A DNA stretch of 64,000 nt from the human T2T-CHM13v2.0 reference genome, Homo sapiens, in assembly GCF_009914755.1 (NCBI RefSeq), contig NC_060925.1. One strand, given 5' to 3'. The notes below the pieces were generated by a model. That model searched no databases, was not told the DNA's origin, and saw only the letters and a program-made list of their open reading frames with translations. Of this stretch, positions 57,451-64,000 are shown one piece after another. A program made the translations under genes and the position numbers. Numbering within the stretch: the stretch's first letter is position 1; the number at the start of each line of letters is the position of its first letter.

Positions 57451-57959
57451 GTTTTTGTTGGACATGTGTTAGGCTAGGCCACTCCTTGACCTTCATAGAG
57501 GTATGGATTATGACACAAATTCTAAACTGTAGGTAGGCATGGCTTTGTAGCAAGTATTAAAATAGTAAATATTTTATTTTTATAAGATAAATGTAAACCT
57601 TTTAAAAGTTTCATTACATTTGTATTTATGAAATATCATCCTATATCAACTATAGAGAGAAGATCGCAAGAAGGCAGTGGCAGCAGAGGCTCCAGTTAGG
57701 AGGCTACTAGTCCAAATACATTGCGATAAAAACTTGGCAAAAGGTGCTGGTAGTCTGATGAAATAAAGTAGATAAATTTTAGAGGTATTTATAAAATAAT
57801 TAAAGAATATTCAATAATAGGAGATATATTACCCAATAGAGTGGAGATTCAAAGATAACTCCGAAAGTTTTTTGCTAAAGCAACATTTGGCTGTGCTATC
57901 ATTTACTAAGAAAGACAACAAGAGAGTAAAATCAAGTTTGAGGATGAAGTGAATTTATT

Positions 57960-60092
57960 CCTTTTTGATTGATACATAATTGACATGTAATAAAACCCAC
58001 AATGTTAAGAGTTCGGTTTGATGTGCTTGACTATTTTAGGCACTGGTGTTATCACAACACAAGACAACAGATAGGACATTCTCAGAAAATTTTTTCATGT
58101 CCCTTTCCAGTCAGTTTCAAGCCTTCTTTCCATGCAATAATTTTCTCACTTTGCCATTCTAGTAGGTGTGAAAAGATAGCCCTTTTTTCTTTTTGTTTTA
58201 ATTTGTAATTCCCTGATCACAAATGCTGTTGAGTGTCTTTTCACGTGCTATTTTCCATTTGAATATCCTATTTTGGGAATTGTCTATTGAAATAATTTAT
58301 CTACTTAAACTTGAATTAATCATCTTATTGTTTGCTGTAGGAGTATTTATATATTCTAGATATAAATGTTTTGTCATATCTATTTCTTGCGAATATTTTT
58401 TCCAGTCTGTGGCTTATCCATTTTTAAAATGGAATCTTTGCATGAGCAGACATTCTTCAATTAAACAATTGCACTTATTTTAACCTTTGTGTTTTTTTGT
58501 CCGTTCTGATAAAAAAAACTTGCCTGTTCCAAGGTTATGAAGCATTATAGTATGAATTTTTTGGAAGTTTTATGGTTCTGGGTTTTTAAATTTAGGCCTA
58601 TACTATGGTTTGAATGTGTTTCCTAAAGTTCATGTGTTGAAAACTTAATCCCCAATGCAGCGGTGTTTACATGTGGACCTTTAAGAAATGATTGGGTCAT
58701 GAAGGCAGAGATGAATTAATGCTGTTATCATGGGAGTGAATTCCTGATAAAAGGATAAGTTTGGCTCCCTCTCCCAGCTTCTGCTTCTCTTGCATGCATG
58801 CACATGCCAGTGCTCTCTTGCCCTTTCACCTTCTGCCATGAGAAGATGCAACAATAGGGAGAAGGCTCTCATAAGATGGGAGCCCCTCAACGTTGGACTT
58901 CCCAGCCTCCAGAACCATAAGAAATACATTTATGTACTTTACAACTTGCCCAATGTCAGGTATTCCATAATATCAGCACAAAAAGAACCGATAGCCTATA
59001 ATTTACTTCTAACTTACTGTTTTGTATAGTGTGAAATAGGAGTTTCATTTCATATTTTTCTTATGAATATTTTTAGTTGTTTCATCAACATCAGTCAAAA
59101 AGAAAAAGAAAACACCTTTTCTTACCCAATTTATTTAGCAATTGACTAGAAATGTGTGTCTATTTCTGGACTCTTTTTTCTGCTCATTGATTGCTTTGTC
59201 CATCTTATGCTAGTATCACACTGTCACAATTATTGTAGCTGTATTGTAAGTTTTGAAATCAATTTGTCTTACTCTAACTCTGTTCAATTTTTTTAAAGAT
59301 GATTTTCGATATTCTAGGTCTTTGCTTTTCCATATGAACTTTATAATCTTTTTACCAATTTCTACTAGAAACCTACTTGAATTTTGTGAAAGATCATATT
59401 GAATCCATAGGACAATTTTGAAATTAACATCTAAAAATATTGAGCTTTCCAACTTATAATCATGGCAAATCTGTATCTTTATTTAAGTCTTAAATAATTT
59501 CCTTAGGCAATGTTATTTATTTTTTAATATAAAGGTTGTATATATATTTTGTTGCATTTAATTGTAATATTTAATTTTAATTTTTATTGTGACTTTCAGT
59601 GGTGTTTGTTATTAATGTAGATATAAGTACAATTTATTTTTATAGATTTATCTTGAATTCTGTGTTCTTCATCAATTCACTTGTTAATCTTAGTTATTTT
59701 TGTAGATGCTACATACTCTACATATACAATTTTATTATCTTCAAATAAATACATTTTTACTTATTTTCTGATATTTGTCTTTCCACTTATTTTTAAACAT
59801 TTTAAATTTTTATTTCATTGGCTGGACATTCAGTACAATGCTGAATAGAAATAGTGAATGTAAATATTCTGGTCTTGTTTTCTATCTTAGAGGAAAGAGC
59901 TTACCATTTCATGATAAACTATAATGTTAACATTAGAATTTTCATAAATTCTCCTTATCGGATTAGAAGAGTTTACTCCTATTCTTAGTTTGATGAATTG
60001 TTGCTGTTTGTTAATAATGAATGGGTGTTGAATTCTGCCAAGTGCCTTTTCTGCCTTTCTTGAGATAGTTGGATGTCTTTCTTTTTTATTGT
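57960..60092 (-). mobile_element. Old L1 (L1MC/ME) 3' UTR and ORF2 remnant, split by an MST LTR
   Basis: Remnant 59216-59452 (FLVEIGKKIIKFIWKSK...DFKTYNTATI) resembles L1 ORF2; 'cagtacaatgctgaatagaaatagtga'. Confidence 0.75.
58601..58993 (+). mobile_element. MSTB/MSTC-like MaLR solo LTR
   Basis: 'tactatggtttgaatgtg...aacttaatccccaatgca'; perfect TSD GCCTA at 58596-58600 and 58994-58998. Confidence 0.9.
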
Positions 60093-60094
60093 GT

Positions 60095-60394
60095 TAATAT
60101 ATTTTGGGGGATCTGAGGTTAAGTGAGGTCATAGAATGGGGCCCTAATCTGATAGGACTGAGGTACTTATGAGAAAGGGATATTAGAGCACTTTCTCTCT
60201 TCATGAGTATGCACAGACAAAAGGCCATGTGAAAACATGGCAAGCAGGTGCCTTTTGCTAGTTGAGGAGAGAGGCCTCCCTTCTGGCACCTTGATCTTGG
60301 ATTTCTAACCTCCACATCTATAACAAGATGAGTTTCTGTTGATTAAGTCACCTTAGTCTATGATATTTTATGGTAGCCTGAGCAGACTAATACA
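60095..60394 (+). mobile_element. MLT1A-like LTR, 5' truncated
   Basis: 'gaggtcatagaatggggccctaatctgatagga...ggcaccttgatcttgga...gcctgagcagactaataca'. Confidence 0.8.
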
Positions 60395-60473
60395 AGCAGC
60401 AATAGTGTGAACACTGCAATGGGGATCATATTCTACCTCTCATTCCTAAAGTACATAAAATCTGAGAAAATTA

Positions 60474-61060
60474 TTTCATTCATTCATTCATCAGCAAATA
60501 TATATTATAAATCTACTATACCAAGGGCTAGGCCAGGATATATGTTGGTGGAACAAATCATATATAGATCCTGTTCTCATGGCTATAGTGAACTATATGG
60601 ACATCAAACCAATGACATCAGCTATAAATTCACAATTACATATTATGTTGAATCCAATGAAGGGAAAGATCAGAGTATTCGGAGGAAAATTACTGAGTGG
60701 CTCTGCACATAGAAGGGGCTGTGCAGTGGGAAGGGAAGGGTACACAGATGGATGAGGAAAAGCCTCCAAGAGAAAGGAGCATTTCAAAAAGGGCTTGAAA
60801 ATGAGTGGTAATTTGGGAAAGGTTCAGGGGATGAGCATTTTAAGCCAAGGAAAGAGCCTGAGGATGGAGTCAACTTTGTTACACTGAAGAAACAGAACAA
60901 GGACCCAAATGTGGGGAGTGCAGTGAATAAGAGTAGAAAGAGCTGTGAGATGATGCTGGAGAGAAGGGAGGACCCAGAGTGTGCAAGGCCAGGGGAGCCA
61001 TACTTAGAGTATGATGTGTTCATACAGTGGGGAGACACTGCGGGATCTAAAGCAGGAAAC
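60474..61060 (-). mobile_element. L2 fragment
   Basis: (TTCA)n tail 'tttcattcattcattcatcagcaaatat' followed by a purine-rich L2-like body. Confidence 0.6.
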
Positions 61061-61414
61061 TGCCTGTCTGATACAGGAATTAAGAAATTCATTTACTCTG
61101 TGAAATAAAGAATAATGTGTAATTATGCAAAAGAAAGCACACAATTATAGGAATGAGAAGAGAGAGAGAAAAAAATGACTAGAACAGCTCACAGGTTGGC
61201 AGAAATTAAGAATGAAAAAAATCCACGTCTTGTTCAACAAGAACGTTTACAACACTTGTCTTCCCCATCCCCCACCTAAAACATGGCTGGAGAAAAACAC
61301 TACGTACTGATTAATATTTATATTTATGATTATAACCTCAAATAAGCCTGTAGAGCTTCCTGAAAACCCTAATCCATTTCCCTAGACCATTAATTTTTTT
61401 TCGCTATCCTGGAT

Positions 61415-61631
61415 CAGAGATTAAACTATGGCCTGTGAGCCAAATCTAGCTCTCTGCTGTTTTTAAAAGTAAAATTATACTGAAATGCAGCCATACTCAT
61501 TTGTTTATTTATTATCTATAGCTGCTTTTATACTATAACACAGAAGTCGAGTAGCTATGACAGAGACTACATCATTGACAATGCCTAAAATACTTAATAT
61601 CTGGTCTTTGACGTAAGCTTGTTGATCTCTG
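61415..61631. mobile_element. MER58A MITE
   Basis: 'aaactatggcctgtgagccaaatctag...gcagccatactcatttgttta...gagtagctatgacagagac...cctaaaatacttaatatctggtcttt'. Confidence 0.8.
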
Positions 61632-61689
61632 TCTTAGATGGCTATTACATATGTCCTCTGCGTCTGAAACTGCAAGTCTCATTGGTCTC

Positions 61690-63800
61690 CATATTCTCAT
61701 CTGATGACCTTGCCTTTTATTTCAAATGAGAGTAGATGAGAATATAGAAAAAATTTCACCTTATCCTAACACTAAGTATATTACCTTCTTAGATGTCTGC
61801 TGATACATTCTTTACCTCCTCACTTACCAAAGCAAAGATATTGCTTCAGTAATCTCTCTCAAAATTTTATTTTATATTGTATCGTTTCTAAATTCCTAAA
61901 ATATGGCTCTCCTCTTTTATCCCAAATCTCCCTTCAGCCACTACCCAATTTCCCCCTTTTCTGCTGCTTTTTGAGCTTTGTCATTCTTGATAAGATTTTC
62001 TCAAAAGGGTTATATTTTCTCACGGTCTCCCTTTCTGCTTCTTCCATTCTGTAATAAAGCACTCTAATAAGAGTATTCTTGTCAAGGCCAGTAAAGATTT
62101 CCTTGTCACCCAGTTCCTTGGTCAATTCTCACTTGCCCTTTAAGAAGTATTTGACAATTCACCATTCCCTTTCCCTCGAAGCACTTTCTTTACTTAGCAA
62201 CTCAGAGCCTTCTTGATCCTCAGAACCTTCTCTTACTTCACAGTCTTCTGATTTTCTGTGTCCCTTGACATTTTTTCTTTTTACTTCTGGTCTTGTAACA
62301 TTGTTGTCCCAAGACTTAGTCCTCTCACCTCTGCTCTCTCTATTCACAATCTCCTTATCTTATCCAGTCTCTTGACATCAAATACCATCTGTGTTGATGA
62401 TTCTCATATTTACTTCCTTGAATTCCATATTCTTATTTCTCTATTAGGCTGTGTAACACTGCAAATTAAATTTTTCCCCGAACAAATTCTGGATATCCTC
62501 CTAAAATGTAACATTCCTCATTTTAGTGACTGGACCCTCAATTATTATAGTTGCGAAGGCCAAAATCTCTGAACTTTTTTATGTTTGTTTATTTTTTGAT
62601 TTGGGAGTTTTTGTTTTTTGTTTTTTTTCTTATATCTGAAACTCAATCCATCAGAAAATTCTGCCAAATTTCTCCAGTATATATCTTGTATTCAATCACT
62701 TCCTAATAAATCTGCTTCTATCATTTCATTCAAGCTAAAATTATTTTTTATCTGGATTTTTATAATATCCTTCTACGTGGTCTCTCTGCTACCTCTGTTC
62801 TCTCTATCCTCTGTTCTCCATACAGCTACCAAAGTTATGGCATTTAAATACTCAAAACTCTACAGGGGCTCCATGGGACACCCATATAGAAACCAAACCC
62901 TTACCTTGTGTAATACAGTCATGACAAGAAACAAATGGCATATTCAAATTGGCAATTTTTGGAAAGTTTAATCAAGAGTCTATTTACAAAGATATGGGCA
63001 AGGAAAAAGGGAAATTTCAAGGGATAGTGAGGATAATGCAGGACCATGGTATTAATGACAGCAGAGGCCAAAACCATCCCCAGGCCCTAAGGGGTGAGGG
63101 GAGGAAACTATTACCGGAACCCAGAGAAAGAGAGGGCCACTTGTCAGGAGCTGTGATCTTTAGTGAGAGGCAAAGCCAGCCTGTGGGAAACAGGCAGAGA
63201 GAATGCTAGGAGATTACATGTCTCGTCTTCACTCTCCTACCTCCCCCTAATCTCTTGTCCATGCTTATTGCCCAAACCCAATCAAAGCCAGCCTGTTGAT
63301 GTGTTCCATGAATGAGCACAGATCAAGGTCTAGAAGAGTGGGGCATATATCTGGAAAAACAAGTGGAAGACATCCAGTTCACAGTGCCCTATAAAGCCAT
63401 ACAGGATTTGCTGTACTCCTTCAGCTGTTATACCCACCCATCTCCTTGCTCACACTCGCCTGCTTGCTTTTCCCATTTAGAAAGCATACTTCTACTTTGG
63501 ACTCTGCTTTTCCTCCTTCCTCTGTCTGGCGCTCTTTTTCCTTCAATTATCTGTTTTAAGTCATTTTGCTAGATAAATTTTCTCTAACTCGTATAAAAAC
63601 ACAACTTATTCTCTCTATTGCCCTACTGAGATTGTTTTATAGCAGTTTACTTCCCAACATGGTATATACTTATTTGTTCTTTGCCCTCCTCACCCCAGCC
63701 CGCTGAAATGTAGTCATCTTGAAGAAATGACTACATCTGATTTGTTCATTATTGAATCCCTGGAAGCAGAAAAGTACTTGATATATGGTAAATAAAGTCA
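61690..63800 (+). mobile_element. Long degraded L2 split by LTR33
   Basis: Pyrimidine-rich L2 body ('gcactttcttTacttagc', 'ccatctgtgttgatgattctca') and 3'-end-like sequence near 63700-63790. Confidence 0.55.
62907..63383 (-). mobile_element. LTR33-like ERVL solo LTR
   Basis: 'gaaacaaatggcatattcaaatt...ctatttacaaag' start and 'gtggaagacatccagttcaca' end. Confidence 0.7.
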
Positions 63801-64000
63801 ATTGTTATTATTCATGATAGTTATTTTCTATAAAATTCCTTGAACAGTGAATTAGTGAATACTGAGCCACTGTTCTTAGGAGAAATGCAGTATTATGTTC
63901 CTGACAGTCTGTGGTCACAATATTTTTGCCCATCATTCAACATATAATCTTGTTTTATGTATGTTTCTGTTTAAAGACACTTTAATATGTGTTTCTGACA
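63795..64000 (+). mobile_element. MER82-like Tigger MITE, runs off the window
   Basis: 'tagttattttctataaa...gaacagtgaattagtgaatactgagcca...ggtcacaatatttt...tgtttctgtttaaagacac'. Confidence 0.75.

Overview
Primate (human-like) AT-rich, intergenic or deep-intronic DNA with no intact protein-coding gene, RNA gene or CRISPR array that I can support. The one gene-derived feature is a processed SNW1 (SKIP/Prp45) pseudogene at ~33.9-36.0 kb (+). It lacks the first 7 codons, has five in-frame stops and no frameshift, keeps the 3' UTR and sits inside a MER53-type hAT MITE. The rest is layered transposon debris: 8 Alus (most with readable TSDs), two full-length THE1 MaLR elements, several MST/MLT/ERV solo LTRs, many L1/L2/MIR fragments, DNA-transposon MITEs and STRs. 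The more interesting observations are structural: an Alu junction creating an ATG for a 249-codon THE1-internal ORF, a DUX4-to-AP-1 motif switch in one THE1 LTR, a twin-primed inverted L1, and two local direct duplications. I found no convincing undescribed biological system. Repeat subfamily names come from recalled consensus sequences and need RepeatMasker/Dfam confirmation; boundaries of old elements are approximate.
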